Of a stretch of 64,000 nucleotides of DNA, positions 31,789 through 42,871 are shown one piece after another. Under the pieces are notes generated by a model. That model saw only the letters and a list, made by a program, of their open reading frames with translations. It did not search any database and had not been told where the DNA came from. How positions within the stretch are numbered: the first letter of the stretch is position 1; every line of letters starts with the position of its first letter. The translations under genes were made by a program, and so were the position numbers. This DNA comes from Candidatus Hydrogenedentota bacterium (GTDB lineage: Bacteria > Hydrogenedentota > Hydrogenedentia > Hydrogenedentales > SLHB01), in assembly GCA_963745075.1 (NCBI GenBank), contig CAVUWV010000018.1, positions 192,001-256,000 on the forward strand. The letters are read 5' to 3'.

Positions 31789-33657
31789 TTACTTCTCCGG
31801 GTCCATGTAGAACTGCTCGATGCCGATGTAGCCGGGTGACATGAGCCGGTAGTTGTGGATGATCGAGTCGGGCACATTGTGGAAGTGGTTCGACACGATC
31901 GTCAATGCCTCCTGGCTGACGATTCCGATGGTGTAGCTTTCTTCGGCCCACTGGCGCAGGATCTTATGGGCGAGTTCGGTCTTGCGCTGCTCGTCCTGGC
32001 CGGCGTCCACAAGCTGGAGATACCAATCGAGTAGCCGCTGATACTCCGGCGGCGGTTTCACGCCGGTCTTGCCGCCAGACGCCCGGTACTGGCCGAAGAG
32101 GGGCGCAAAGTAGCTGGTGTTTTGCCAGGGCACGTACCACTGGGGATCGACGACCCAGTGCATGGCGCCGGTGGCGTAGGCCCAGAAGTCGCTGTTGCCG
32201 TTCCGGACCTGCATCTGGCTGAGGGCCGGCGCGTCCGTCTTCACAGCAAATTGCAGGCCCACCTCCCGCCAGTAGTCGGCCACGAGCTGCCACAAGTCCA
32301 AGCCGGTGCCGGTTTCCGAGGGATAGACGTTCAGAATCTGCACGAAGGGTTTTCCGTCCGGCATTCGGCGCATGCCGTTGGGGCCTTTCTTCAAACCCGC
32401 TTCGTCCAACAGGCGATTGGCACGGTCGGGATCGTACTCCAGGTATTTCTCGTCGAACTCCGGGAGATAATACGGGTCAGCCGGGGTGGAGACGCCCCGG
32501 CTGGGAACGGCCATTCCCGAGTAGATGATGTCGATGATTTCGGGACGATTGATGGCCACCGAAAGCGCAATCCGGAACCGGCGGTCTTGCAGAATCGGCC
32601 GCAACGCCGGATCTCGGCTGTACTGATTCACATAGATCACGGTCGGTGTCGGGTTGATGTCCCGCATCACGTGATAGCCGCCCTTCTCGCGGTTCTCCAT
32701 AAACAACGTGAAATTGGCGGCGTCGATATTGCGCTCCTGGAAATCCACGTCGCCGGTCATGGCTTTGAAATTGAGGATCTCGGCGCTCTGCACTTCGGTG
32801 TTGGCGATCTCGTCGATGTAGGGGAGTTGGTTTCCGTTCGGATCGACCTTCCAGTAGTAGGGATTGCGTTCCGCGACCATGCGCGTGGCGGGCGGCGGAA
32901 TCTTCAGCACGAAGGGTCGAATCGATGGCAGGTCGGGGTTCGAGTTGAAATCGATCTTCGCGGCAAACATCTGCACCCAGTGTTCGCGCCCTTCGGCCTT
33001 GGCCATCCGGTCGAGTTCTTCTTCCGGCGTATATTTGGGATGAAACTGTTTCAGATAATGCTTTGGCAAGATGATCTCATTGCTTCGGTACGCCATCAGT
33101 TTGAGAAAGATCCCGTGCGGACGCGGAAAGCGAAACACGACCGTGTTAGAATCGGGCGCCTGCACCGCCGCGCGCACACCGTCCAACGTCAACCAGGCGG
33201 GAAAAATCGGACTGACTTCGGAATTTCCGTAGTAGTCGTTTACGGTAAACACGATATCATCCGCCGTGAAGGGCGCGCCATCCGACCAGCGCATGCCCTT
33301 GCGAAGGTGAAAGACAAAGGTCCGGCCGCCGTCGAGCACGTCCCAGCTTTTGGCCGCGCCCGGCACGACGCGGGTCCCGGAACGATCCCACCGCACGATC
33401 GGTTCGTACCCCAGGCGATCCCGAAGACTGAGATCCGTGATGGCCACGATGACGCGACGCCAAGTGCCACCATAAGTACCAATCCGCTTCACGGGTTCCA
33501 CCACGGCCGGTACGTCAGGCAGGCGGTCTGCTATGGGCGGTAGTTCACCCGCTGCGACGCGTTTCGCCAGCATGGGGGCTTCCAGGTACTGCGCAAAGGC
33601 GGGAAGGGCAAGGCATACTAAGGCCGTTGAAATCGTGCGTCGGCTGCCACCCATCAC
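31789..33657 (-). CDS. ABC transporter substrate-binding protein (family 5)
   Basis: EAPMLA...GELPP..RLP, GTYGGTW, LRKGMRWSDGAPFTADD, RNPYYWKVD..GNQLPYID. Confidence 0.92.
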   Translation of the reverse strand: MMGGSRRTISTALVCLALPAFAQYLEAPMLAKRVAAGELPPIADRLPDVPAVVEPVKRIGTYGGTWRRVIVAITDLSLRDRLGYEPIVRWDRSGTRVVPGAAKSWDVLDGGRTFVFHLRKGMRWSDGAPFTADDIVFTVNDYYGNSEVSPIFPAWLTLDGVRAAVQAPDSNTVVFRFPRPHGIFLKLMAYRSNEIILPKHYLKQFHPKYTPEEELDRMAKAEGREHWVQMFAAKIDFNSNPDLPSIRPFVLKIPPPATRMVAERNPYYWKVDPNGNQLPYIDEIANTEVQSAEILNFKAMTGDVDFQERNIDAANFTLFMENREKGGYHVMRDINPTPTVIYVNQYSRDPALRPILQDRRFRIALSVAINRPEIIDIIYSGMAVPSRGVSTPADPYYLPEFDEKYLEYDPDRANRLLDEAGLKKGPNGMRRMPDGKPFVQILNVYPSETGTGLDLWQLVADYWREVGLQFAVKTDAPALSQMQVRNGNSDFWAYATGAMHWVVDPQWYVPWQNTSYFAPLFGQYRASGGKTGVKPPPEYQRLLDWYLQLVDAGQDEQRKTELAHKILRQWAEESYTIGIVSQEALTIVSNHFHNVPDSIIHNYRLMSPGYIGIEQFYMDPEK

Positions 33658-33660
33658 GGG

Positions 33661-35412
33661 TCAGTACCCAATCGCGCAACCGTCTTTCCGGGGGTCGGAA
33701 CCGCCGAACCAGCGTAGGGGGTCATCGAGCCGCCAGATACCCTGGTATCCGCCGTGGTCGGAATGACCGCCCTGGATGGTATGTCCCATCTCCTCCATCT
33801 TTTGAATGACCGTGTCGGGGATGTGCCGTTCGAAGGACACCACTCCCCCATCTTTCATCTTCGACCCGGTAGGTTCGGAACTGCCGCTGTGACAGACACG
33901 CGGCTGATCGCCGGCCTGCTGGACCGACAAGCCGAAATCGATCAGGTTCATCAGGACCTGCGCGTGACCCTGCGGCTGGAAATCACCGCCCATAACGCCG
34001 AAGGAAAACACCGGGTCGCCGTTCTTCGTCACGAATGCGGGAATGATCGTGTGGAAGGGCCGCTTGTGTGGCTCCAGACGGTTGCGATGTTTGGGATCGA
34101 GCGCGAACAGTTCTCCACGGTTTTGGATGGCGAATCCCAGCGAGGGCACGGCCATGTGGGAGCCCCATCCGTAGAACGTGCTCTGAATCAGCGACACCAT
34201 GTTGCCGTATTTGTCTGCGGCGGTGAGGTAGATCGTGTCTTTCGATCCATCCCACACGCCGGGACCTACGCTGGTCGCCGCGCGTTTCGGATCGATCAGC
34301 TTCGCGCGTTCCCTGCCGTATTCTTTTGAAATGAGCCAATCCAGGGGCACGTCGGCTTTGTCCATATCGGCGTAGTAAACCGCGCGATCCTCGAACGCGA
34401 GTTTCTTGGCTTCGACAAAAAGATGAAGTTGCTCCGCCGAGTTGGGTTCGAGTGCGCCAATATCGAAGTGTTCGAGCATGTTGAGGATTTGCAGCGCGGC
34501 CGCACCTTGCCCGTTGGGCGGCAATTCCCAAACGTCGTAGCCACGGTAACTGGTGGTGATGGGATCGACCCAGTTTGCCTCGTGGTCCTCGAAGTCGCGT
34601 TTGGTGAACTTGCCGCCTACCTTCTGCGAGTAGGCCACGAATTGGTCGGCGATATCGCCCTTGTAGAAGGCGTCGGCGCCACCCTGCGCGATGGTCTCCA
34701 AGGTGTTGGCAAGGGGCTCGCATTTGAAGATATCGCCGTACTTGGGCGCTTCGCCACCGGGCATGTAGAGTGCGGCCAGATCCGGGAATTCGTTTGCCTT
34801 GAAGGGCCAGGACTCGGCGATCAACGGCGAAACGGGATATCCGTTACGCGCGTAATCGATGGCGGCCGCCAACACGTCTGCGAACGGCTTTGCGCCGAAG
34901 CGGTCAAGCAGCGCGCCCCACCCGCTCACACAGCCCGGCACGCTCCAGGCCAAGGGTTCCATGGGGGGAATCGCGGTCAGCCCCATGGACTGCGCGGCTT
35001 CGAGCGACCACGCATAGGGCGACCGGCCGCTCGCGTTGAGCCCGAACAGCTTTCGGTCCTTCTCCGACCATACGATGGCGAAGAGGTCGCCGCCGGGTCC
35101 GCAGAACATAGGTTCCACGATGCTGAGCGCCGCGTTCGCCGCGACGGCCGCATCGATGGCGTTGCCCCCGGCCTTCAAGATATCGATACCGGCCATGCTC
35201 GCGAGGGGCTGGCTGGAGCATACCATGCCGTTTTGGCTTACGACCGTAGAACGGTTTTGATTCCGCCCCTGCAAGTATTTCGCGGTTCAGCGGTGTGTAG
35301 TCCATGCCGTTCCCTTCCATATCCTCAGCGAATCGCAATGGTGTCTTGCCGGTCCAAGCAAAACCCCGGCCGAAGCCGTTCCGGTTACTTGCAGAAATGT
35401 GCGTCGCTTCAT
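33661..35412 (-). CDS. ggt: Gamma-glutamyltransferase with Tat-like signal; compensating frameshifts near 35280-35345
   Basis: GGNAIDAAVA, GPGGDLF, DTIYL autoprocessing Thr, KRPFHTIIP, GVMGG..QPQGH, SDPRKDG; MKRRTFL leader at 35412. Confidence 0.9.
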
Positions 35413-35574
35413 CTGGCTTCCTCCGATTAGATTCAGATTGAACCAGTATCTCTGTTCGGGCCCATCCAACGCAAACGCAATCAGAATCCGCGCATCGATC
35501 CTCGACGGGCATTCTTGTTAGGATCAGTACCATCATCCTTGGAAGCACTCATCCAACCATCGTGAGGTGCGCGC

Positions 35575-36564
35575 ATGCGATACACGTATTTTGGAAGGAC
35601 CGGCGTCCAGGTTTCGGAAGTCTGCCTGGGCACGATGACCTTTGGGAAAGAGGCCGACGAGAAGACTTCGGTGGCGATCATGGACCGGGCGATCGATGCG
35701 GGGGTGAACTTCTTTGACACCGCCAACATCTACAACAAGGGAGTCACGGAAGAAATCATCGGACGTTGGATACGGCCGCATCGCGACCGCATCGTGCTCG
35801 CGTCGAAGGTGCATTTTCCTACGGGGCCCGGCCCGAACGAGCGCGGCAGTTCGCGACGCCACATCGTACGGGCGGTGGAAGATAGCCTCGCGCGGCTCCA
35901 GACAGATTGGTTGGACCTGTTGTATCTGCACCATTGGGACGATAACACCGCGTTGGAGGAGACGTTGTCGGCACTGACGACGCTGGTGGAGCAGGGGAAG
36001 ATCCTGTATTGCGGCGTGTCGAACTTTTCCGCGTGGCAAACCATGAAAGCGGTCGCCATGGCGCAAGCGAACGGGTACGCGCCGGTGACCTGCATTCAGC
36101 CCATGTACAACCTCGTGAAGCGGCAGGCGGAGGTGGAGATCTTGCCCATGGCCTTGTCGGAAGGGTTGGCCGTCTGCCCGTACAGCCCCATCGCAGCCGG
36201 ACTTCTTACCGGCAAATACCAACGCGGCGAGGCCGGACGCATCAAGGAAAACGCCATGTATGCGGAACGGTACCGCAATCCCGTCTACATGGAAACCGCC
36301 GCCGATTTCGTCGCCTACGCGGGAACCAAGGGCCTCTCCCCCGCCGCCCTCGCGAACGCGTGGGTTATCAGTCATCCGGCCGTAACCGCCGCCATCATCG
36401 GCGCCCGAAACCTCGACCAGCTCAACGACGCCCTCGGCTGCGTGGAGATCGACCTAACGCCGGACCAGCGCGCAGAGATCACCGCCCTGTCCATCGACCC
36501 GCCCCTGGCCACGGACCGGGAAGACCCGAAGATCGCGCTGGATATGCTTGGGAAGAAGGGGTGA
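35575..36564 (+). CDS. Aldo/keto reductase
   Basis: LGTMTFG, FDTANIY, SLARLQTDWLDLLYLH, GVSN, YSPIAAGLLTGKY. Confidence 0.95.
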   Translation: MRYTYFGRTGVQVSEVCLGTMTFGKEADEKTSVAIMDRAIDAGVNFFDTANIYNKGVTEEIIGRWIRPHRDRIVLASKVHFPTGPGPNERGSSRRHIVRAVEDSLARLQTDWLDLLYLHHWDDNTALEETLSALTTLVEQGKILYCGVSNFSAWQTMKAVAMAQANGYAPVTCIQPMYNLVKRQAEVEILPMALSEGLAVCPYSPIAAGLLTGKYQRGEAGRIKENAMYAERYRNPVYMETAADFVAYAGTKGLSPAALANAWVISHPAVTAAIIGARNLDQLNDALGCVEIDLTPDQRAEITALSIDPPLATDREDPKIALDMLGKKG

Positions 36565-36607
36565 CGGGTTCTGGTGAAGGACTTAAGTCGGTGAGGTCAT
36601 GACAGGT

Positions 36608-36871
36608 TCACGCGAAGTATCGCTCGTACTCGTCGTGCCCGCCGATCCAGAACCACGTAACAGAATCGCCGTCCAACACGCCAACCGCGCGGTAGCCCCG
36701 TGTTACCCGAATCGACCAAATCGCCTCTTCAGCATTGATACACTTGAAGCGCAGTGAAGGGTGGAAAGGGTTTTCGGCCCACAGACGGTAGGCCTTCTGT
36801 GCGCGTCGCTGGATTGATTCGTCCAAATCGCGATACGCATCCCAAAAAGACGGTAAGGTGCGAGAGGTCAT
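36608..36871 (-). CDS. ParE/RelE-like toxin
   Basis: FW..Y..L...IQ..A.KAY.LW..NPFHPSL.FK, YRAVG, WFWIG.H.EY. Confidence 0.85.
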   Translation of the reverse strand: MTSRTLPSFWDAYRDLDESIQRRAQKAYRLWAENPFHPSLRFKCINAEEAIWSIRVTRGYRAVGVLDGDSVTWFWIGGHDEYERYFA

Positions 36872-37098
36872 AACGCGTCGGTATCGAGTGGTGTACTCTT
36901 CCCCTCCGCGATCTCCGTCCTCGCTCGCCGGGCTGCGGCCGCCAACTGGGGCTGGGTTCTCCCAATAGTCTCGTCCCAGCGCAGTTCGTCTGCGCTATCC
37001 TCAAGATACTCGCGGAGGTGCTCTACTACTTGTTCCTGGGCGGACTCCGGCAATTCCTCCATCATCTTGATCACGGTGGCGATTGCTGTCGACAGCAT
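36868..37098 (-). CDS. Putative antitoxin
   Basis: 76 aa acidic protein overlapping the toxin start; RWDE...ARRARTEIAEG. Confidence 0.75.
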   Translation of the reverse strand: MLSTAIATVIKMMEELPESAQEQVVEHLREYLEDSADELRWDETIGRTQPQLAAAARRARTEIAEGKSTPLDTDAL

Positions 37099-37308
37099 TG
37101 GACCATATCCTCTAATTTCACGCGATAACCTCGATGGAACTACCACCAAGATTGTACCAGAACTGCTGCTATGATCTTACCCAATAGTTTCCTGCGATAC
37201 TTTAGCCCATTCTCCTGCTTTGAAACTTGGCGGTCGCTCGCCCTTTCGGAACGCAATGACGCGGAGACGCGAAGTGACTGTAGTGAGACGCGGAATTGAC
37301 AGGATAGG

Positions 37309-37629
37309 CTACAGCACTTTCCGGAGGTCGGCGCTGGTGCCGCCGAAGCGGAAGATGCGGTCGTAGAAGGCTTGGCTGATGGTGACCTCAACGACTTTGG
37401 CATTGTCGCCGGGGTGGGCTTTGTCGAGGGAAGCGGCCAAGCTGGTCTTGTAGAGATGGTTGGCGGCGTGGGCTTTGCCGGCGTTGGAACCGTGCCGCCC
37501 TTTGAGCGACCGGCGATAAACGATAACCCCTTTGGTAGCCTGACGGCGCGGGCACCCGAAAAACGGCAGGAAACTTACCGCGGCGGCGAAGCCCATGAAT
37601 GCACGGCGTGTCAACGTACGCTTGGCCAT
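37309..37629 (-). CDS. Small basic protein with Tat/lipoprotein-like signal
   Basis: MAKRTLTRRAFMGFAAAVSFLPFFGC; GAGG RBS. Confidence 0.65.
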   Translation of the reverse strand: MAKRTLTRRAFMGFAAAVSFLPFFGCPRRQATKGVIVYRRSLKGRHGSNAGKAHAANHLYKTSLAASLDKAHPGDNAKVVEVTISQAFYDRIFRFGGTSADLRKVL

Positions 37630-37872
37630 ATTGGACAAACCTCGATATGAGGGCACCTTGCAATAAAGAGGCGGAGGAGCCCAGGCTTGCTCCCGTCGGT
37701 TCGTCACCTACCGTGACGGCCCGTACCCTGAGGACGACATATTGCCCGGAGTTCAGCGTTCCCTATTCGTTCTCTACGATGAGTCTCGACCTAACGCGAG
37801 TTCTTACGCTATCCCCGTCTCACTTCCTCAGACCGCAATATCCTTATAACATTAGTAACGAAATTGCGCAAG

Positions 37873-39891
37873 TTATTTCTTATATTGATAGACATACAGA
37901 GCGGAACTCTTTGGTTCGGCTAGGTTTACCGCGATCCCGTCACTCATCAATTCAGCGCCGGTGGCAGTGCGTGCCTCTCCGGAATCGAGATTGGCGATCG
38001 CATACGACGCATCGGCATCGAGGCCCAAAGGCTTTACCGTCAGGTTCGCGTCCGGGCACTCGGCGCGCCGGAACGCCTGGACCATGCCCCCACCCAGGTC
38101 CGGCCGGTCGTATTGCCACGCCATCCAAGTCTTCTCGCTCGCATCGTAGGGGGTTAAGGGGTAGAAATCGCCGTAGAAATACGGACGGACCCGCTTGTAC
38201 TCGGGAATCCGTTCCGCAAGTCCGGCCCAAAACGGGGCGTCCGGGGAGTAGTAATCGAAAGCGTACGAGGCGCAGGCACCCATGCCGCTCCGAAAATCGT
38301 AGGGGTCGACCGACACCGCGCCGAGCCCATGGTCCGGTAGCCAGAAGGAGAGTCCGTAGCTGATATTTTGCGCCCCCAAGGGGTCCCAGCAATAGTCGGT
38401 ACGCCACAGGGGTACGCAGCGCCGCATCATCTCAAAGTCCAGGCGACGTCCCCCACTCGCGCAATTGTCGATTAGAAGGCCGGGGTGCCGCTGCAACAAG
38501 GTGTCGAGGTAGGTATACAACCCTTCGATGTAGCGGATCTCGCGCATGCCTTGCCGGTCCTCGGGCTCGTCCGTGCGCCAGTAGTACAAGGGGTGCATGT
38601 TAAAATCCTGGCGGTAGATGTCGATGCCCCAGGAATCGATGTATCCGGAGAATGTATCCACCGCCCAGTCGCGTGCGTCCGGATTGCCGAGGTCGAGCAA
38701 ACGCCAATTCTTCTGGTACGCCACGGGATCGGGGAGGTTTGACGGCGTCAACAACCATTCCGGGTGCTGCATGCGTAACCAGGACCCGGGCATGACCCGC
38801 TCCGGCTCGAACCACACGAGGAACCGCAGGCCCGCCGCGTGTGCGGCCTCGGAAACCGGAGCCAAACCGTCGGGGAATCGGGCAGGGTCGGGGTCCCAAG
38901 TCCCCATGCCTTCGGGAAAGCCGCCTACCGACCAGCCGGCGTCTATCCACCAGGTATCGACCGGTAGCCCTTTGGAGTGAATCGTTTCGATGGCTTGGAT
39001 TTGATTGGCCGCGGAAACGTTGTTGAATCCGATAGTCGCGCCGGATGCCGCAACGGGCAGTTCGGCGGGACGGCCGAAGGGCGTCGGCATATAGTGGCGC
39101 AGCATGAGTTGGCGCCACTGATTCTGCCCGTGGAGGCGGTCTCCGGCATAATGCATCATCAGAATCGAGGGAGTCCGGATCTCCTCGCCGGGGTGAAGGC
39201 GTAGATGTGTCCGTTCCATCCCCGCCTGAACGTGCACATTGCCGTTCGCATCGGTCGCAAAGTTGGCGGTCCATTGCCCCGTCCAGCCGATGGCAAGAAC
39301 GACGCCGCTTTCATCTGACTGGGCCAGCGTGAAGTATGGCAAAACGCCGTCGGATGAGCGACCTCCCTGCGGCGTAAATGTGTGGTCCGTGTTCGACGGC
39401 AGTGATGTCTCTCGCGGCTGAAAGTCCGTGGGCTGCGACTGGCTCCCGTCGGCATAGTAGAGAACAGGCGCTGCATCTCCGGCGCGGGGAAGCGCGAAAT
39501 CCGCAGGCCAGATGTCCGAGAGGATGGGACTGTCCCGGTCGCCTTGATTGAAAACATACAGCACCCACTCGACGGCCGGGAAGTCGTTGTACACGGTGGT
39601 CTCGCAGGTGACAACCAATCCTGTCGATGGGTCGTTAAGGCGTATTACCTTTTGGTCGCGCTGCGCGTCGAGTGCATGCCCGGTCCGGGTCACTTCCCAG
39701 GTTCCCACGACCTCCTTCATGGAAACGCCGCCGGCTTTCCACGAGAATGGAAGTACACCGGCGTCCTCTCCAAAAACCGTCGAGCACCACGCGGCGGCGT
39801 CTTGCAGCTCTTGGTCGGACGCCGTCGCCCCGAGAGAAAGGGGCGCGAGAATCAACATGACAACGCAAAGGACAGTGACCTGCCGTTTCAT
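37873..39891 (-). CDS. Alpha-galactosidase (GH36-like), secreted
   Basis: WIDAGW, RFPDGL, WFEPE, DFN, DNCASGGRRLD, WRTD motifs. Confidence 0.9.
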   Translation of the reverse strand: MKRQVTVLCVVMLILAPLSLGATASDQELQDAAAWCSTVFGEDAGVLPFSWKAGGVSMKEVVGTWEVTRTGHALDAQRDQKVIRLNDPSTGLVVTCETTVYNDFPAVEWVLYVFNQGDRDSPILSDIWPADFALPRAGDAAPVLYYADGSQSQPTDFQPRETSLPSNTDHTFTPQGGRSSDGVLPYFTLAQSDESGVVLAIGWTGQWTANFATDANGNVHVQAGMERTHLRLHPGEEIRTPSILMMHYAGDRLHGQNQWRQLMLRHYMPTPFGRPAELPVAASGATIGFNNVSAANQIQAIETIHSKGLPVDTWWIDAGWSVGGFPEGMGTWDPDPARFPDGLAPVSEAAHAAGLRFLVWFEPERVMPGSWLRMQHPEWLLTPSNLPDPVAYQKNWRLLDLGNPDARDWAVDTFSGYIDSWGIDIYRQDFNMHPLYYWRTDEPEDRQGMREIRYIEGLYTYLDTLLQRHPGLLIDNCASGGRRLDFEMMRRCVPLWRTDYCWDPLGAQNISYGLSFWLPDHGLGAVSVDPYDFRSGMGACASYAFDYYSPDAPFWAGLAERIPEYKRVRPYFYGDFYPLTPYDASEKTWMAWQYDRPDLGGGMVQAFRRAECPDANLTVKPLGLDADASYAIANLDSGEARTATGAELMSDGIAVNLAEPKSSALYVYQYKK

Positions 39892-39975
39892 CGATTTCGC
39901 CCCCACGTTCTTCGGTACCGTTCAAGACATCAAACCCTGCTCGTATATCGGATGGTCCTTAATCTACCGGCTGTA

Positions 39976-41094
39976 TCAGAGCTTGATGATATATCCTTGG
40001 TTGTGCAGTTTCTTCGCCGCGGCCCAACAGAACCAGTAGAAGACACAGAATCCCAAAATGGCCCAACCGTAATCCGCGAAAGTGGCGGCATCCGGCTTCG
40101 TCCTCTCGAATTCTCTGCTGAAGAAGTACGACCCGCTCATTGCCAGTAGCGCATATTGCAGGATGTAGATGATCAAAGGGTTTTCCCCGAGAACAGTCAA
40201 CGTCGGAAACTTGAAGTTCCCGAGGTCGCAGCACACGTAGAAAATCAGGAAGGCAAGGAATGCCAGCCCTGTGTGCAGCAATTGAGAGGGCGCCGCGGCC
40301 CAGCGGTGCGCGTAGGACCACCATTTGCCCAGATTCGCGTAGGGCGCGTAGTCGGCGGGAGTCAGCAGGAAGGCGACCCAGCTTGCCGCGCAAAGTCCCA
40401 CCGCACATATGACGGACCACATCAGAATCTTCTTTGTGTCGCGCGTCGCCAGTAGGTCGTAGGCGATGGTCCCGAAGAGCAGGATGAAGGCGTGGCTGAA
40501 CGGCCCAAGGGGACCGCCGTTCATGCTCTTGTGCCGAAGCCAATCGCCGTACCCCGCGTATTCCTGGCCGTCGAAGGTGAAATGGGAACCCGGGCCCGTG
40601 TAGTGCAGGAAAAACGTGAATATCCCGAGATAGACAAAGGCCATGATCGCCCGGGTCGAGACCTTCTTGTCAATGAACGGAAGTGCAAGGATGCCCGCCA
40701 ACGCGATGTCGACGAGCGCGTCCCACCAATCGATTCGCATGTTGGGTCCGTAGACGGCGATACCGACGATGAACAACGTAATGTAACGTTTGAGCGCGTC
40801 CCACCGCGCGGCGCCCAAACCTTTTCGCTCGATTCGCCGTTGAAGCGAAAGACGAAACCCCATACCGACCACAAACATGAAGAGGGGCGCGATGGTATCC
40901 GCATACGACGCCCGGTCGTGGTGGTGATGCAGGATTGCCGGCATGAAATCGAATTCGCCGAGGTAATTCACCAAGATCATGCCGAATATGGCGTATCCTC
41001 GGAGCTGGTCCATGGACGCGATACGTGCCCCGGCGGACAAGATCCCGGTTGTTGGGGCCAGTGGCTCGTTTGCGCTCGCTTGTGATGCAGACAT
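39976..41094 (-). CDS. HGSNAT/DUF5009-like membrane acyltransferase
   Basis: RIASMDQLRG..IFGMILVN, AD.IAPLFMFVVG, LGENPLIIY; multiple TM helices. Confidence 0.8.
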   Translation of the reverse strand: MSASQASANEPLAPTTGILSAGARIASMDQLRGYAIFGMILVNYLGEFDFMPAILHHHHDRASYADTIAPLFMFVVGMGFRLSLQRRIERKGLGAARWDALKRYITLFIVGIAVYGPNMRIDWWDALVDIALAGILALPFIDKKVSTRAIMAFVYLGIFTFFLHYTGPGSHFTFDGQEYAGYGDWLRHKSMNGGPLGPFSHAFILLFGTIAYDLLATRDTKKILMWSVICAVGLCAASWVAFLLTPADYAPYANLGKWWSYAHRWAAAPSQLLHTGLAFLAFLIFYVCCDLGNFKFPTLTVLGENPLIIYILQYALLAMSGSYFFSREFERTKPDAATFADYGWAILGFCVFYWFCWAAAKKLHNQGYIIKL

Positions 41095-41291
41095 ATTCCC
41101 TCCTTCATATGAATCCAGGGGATAGGACGAACGCGTTCCCGTTTGTAGGCACCCCGGCGTCCGTCAGATTCGATAGGCTGATAATGGTCCCACGATCGGG
41201 GGGGAGATTTCCACCAGACCGTTCCCTCTTTCATAGGATTGTGACCATCTATGGATCGGCCGCCGAAATTCGCATCTTCAATCGAGCCAGT

Positions 41292-41888
41292 TTACTCAAC
41301 GTCTTCGGTTTCCCGGAGTTGGTCTTGCAGGTCGACGGTGCTCTTCCCCGGTTTGCGCCGAATGGGCGTTTGGAAGAACGTATTGTTGGGAATTTGAATC
41401 AGACTGCCATCGTCGTCACGCAAGATGGTGAAGAGCAGATTGAAATTCACGACCTTACCTTGAAGACTTTGGGCGGGGAGTTCGACGACATCCCCCGCTT
41501 CAAACGGCCGGGAAACCATGAGCATCAGCGAGCATAGGAAATTGCTGAGCACGCTCCAGACCGCGACAAAGCCGACCGCGACCAGCCCTAGTGTGGTTGC
41601 GAGGAGGGTGCGGACGTTCTCCAGGACACCGAAGGCATGGAGGACGGCAATGATGGATGCCGCGACGGCGATCCATCGCATTACACGCACGCAAACCAGG
41701 GTTAGGTACTCGGAGAGAGTACCTTTCTTTTCCAGACGTTTGACAAGCCGCACGCCGGACCAATAAACGATGAGCACCAGAATGGTCCAGAGCACCGCGT
41801 ACCCCAGATCGGCCAAGGCCGTCTGCAAGATTGTCTCGACGACGTCCAAATGGACCGCCTCAGCGGCTGACGAAATTTGTGTTTCCAT
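41292..41888 (-). CDS. Small MscS-family mechanosensitive channel
   Basis: 3 TM helices; LSNF, RPFEAGDVV, G.V..NLLFT.L, IPNN. Confidence 0.85.
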   Translation of the reverse strand: METQISSAAEAVHLDVVETILQTALADLGYAVLWTILVLIVYWSGVRLVKRLEKKGTLSEYLTLVCVRVMRWIAVAASIIAVLHAFGVLENVRTLLATTLGLVAVGFVAVWSVLSNFLCSLMLMVSRPFEAGDVVELPAQSLQGKVVNFNLLFTILRDDDGSLIQIPNNTFFQTPIRRKPGKSTVDLQDQLRETEDVE

Positions 41889-42162
41889 AATTGGGGCCCT
41901 TTCGAGCTATGGCAGGAACGCGGGAGAGGCATCCAGCGCAGGTTCAGGTGTGCTTTCCATTGTATAAGTACGTCGTGGGCGCATCAAACGGGCGACACGG
42001 GGAACGCCAAGCTGGAGCCCTGCGCTCCCCGTGTCTCCGTTACATAATTATCCTCGGAAAAAGGACGCGATGTTCGAACCTGTGCCGCCAGACTATGATA
42101 ATTTTGAGAAGTTAGTTGGCGCGATTGCCCTGACAGCGATTTTGGGAAACACCATCGATGGT

Positions 42163-42687
42163 TCAATCGGCAAACGTCGGCGTTGTCAGCGATTGAAGGA
42201 ATTGCGATACATCGGAGGGTCGCGTCAACCGGATTGCTGTTTGCGTTCGATCCAATGCAGAAAGTGCACTTTCAATCCTGGGACGTTCATTTCGGGGAAA
42301 AGCCCAGACGTACATGAGAAACTCCCAATCGAATTGTTCGGGGCAGTTATCGGCCAGATCGGGCCGGGTTTTGCCGTAAGTCAAAACGATGCGTTTCAGA
42401 ATGCGGTACAGTGCAATTCTTCGCGGGAAGTCCAGGTAAATGACGGTATCCGCGCGGGGCAAACGGACGTGCAGGGTTGAAGAGTAGCTACCATCGACGA
42501 TCCACCGGTCGCCGTTCACAAGTTCCTGGACACGATTGCGCCACCATTCCGGGTCCGGAGTATTCCACCCCGGCTGCCAGAATTCCTGGTCCAGGTGTAC
42601 GAGAGGAAGACCAAGCCGCGATGCCAACTCGCGCGCAAGCGTGGATTTCCCCGCGCCACAGATACCGACAATCAGAATGCGTTGCAT
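42163..42687 (-). CDS. P-loop adenylate-kinase-related / FlaR-like topology modulation protein
   Basis: GICGAGKST, HLD..FW.PGW, WIVDGSY, ADTVIYLD, CPE. Confidence 0.85.
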   Translation of the reverse strand: MQRILIVGICGAGKSTLARELASRLGLPLVHLDQEFWQPGWNTPDPEWWRNRVQELVNGDRWIVDGSYSSTLHVRLPRADTVIYLDFPRRIALYRILKRIVLTYGKTRPDLADNCPEQFDWEFLMYVWAFPRNERPRIESALSALDRTQTAIRLTRPSDVSQFLQSLTTPTFAD

Positions 42688-42712
42688 GGGCGATATCATA
42701 GCAGAGTGGATC

Positions 42713-42801
42713 GTAGACGCGGCTTCCAGCCGCGTTGATTCTTTAGCGCTACGGATGGGTCTCAGATCTGATGATCTAACGCGGCTGGAAGCCGCGTCTA
42801 C
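42713..42801. repeat. REP-like inverted doublet (second GTAG class)
   Basis: Perfect 24-bp inverted repeat GTAGACGCGGCTTCCAGCCGCGTT at 42713-42736 and 42778-42801. Confidence 0.85.
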
Positions 42802-42871
42802 ACTAAGCTTCGGTCTTCGGCTGTTTTCCGGTAGTATGGGCGTCCAGCCACGCGCGAGGAGGGAGCCCGAT

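Noticed and set aside
35287..35289. In-frame TGA in ggt leader as selenocysteine/readthrough
   Set aside because: The intervening segment reads more plausibly in another frame (AEDMEGNGMDYTPLNRE); two compensating indels explain it.
36608..37870. Prophage or integrative element around the second TA pair
   Set aside because: No integrase, tRNA, att repeats or phage genes visible.
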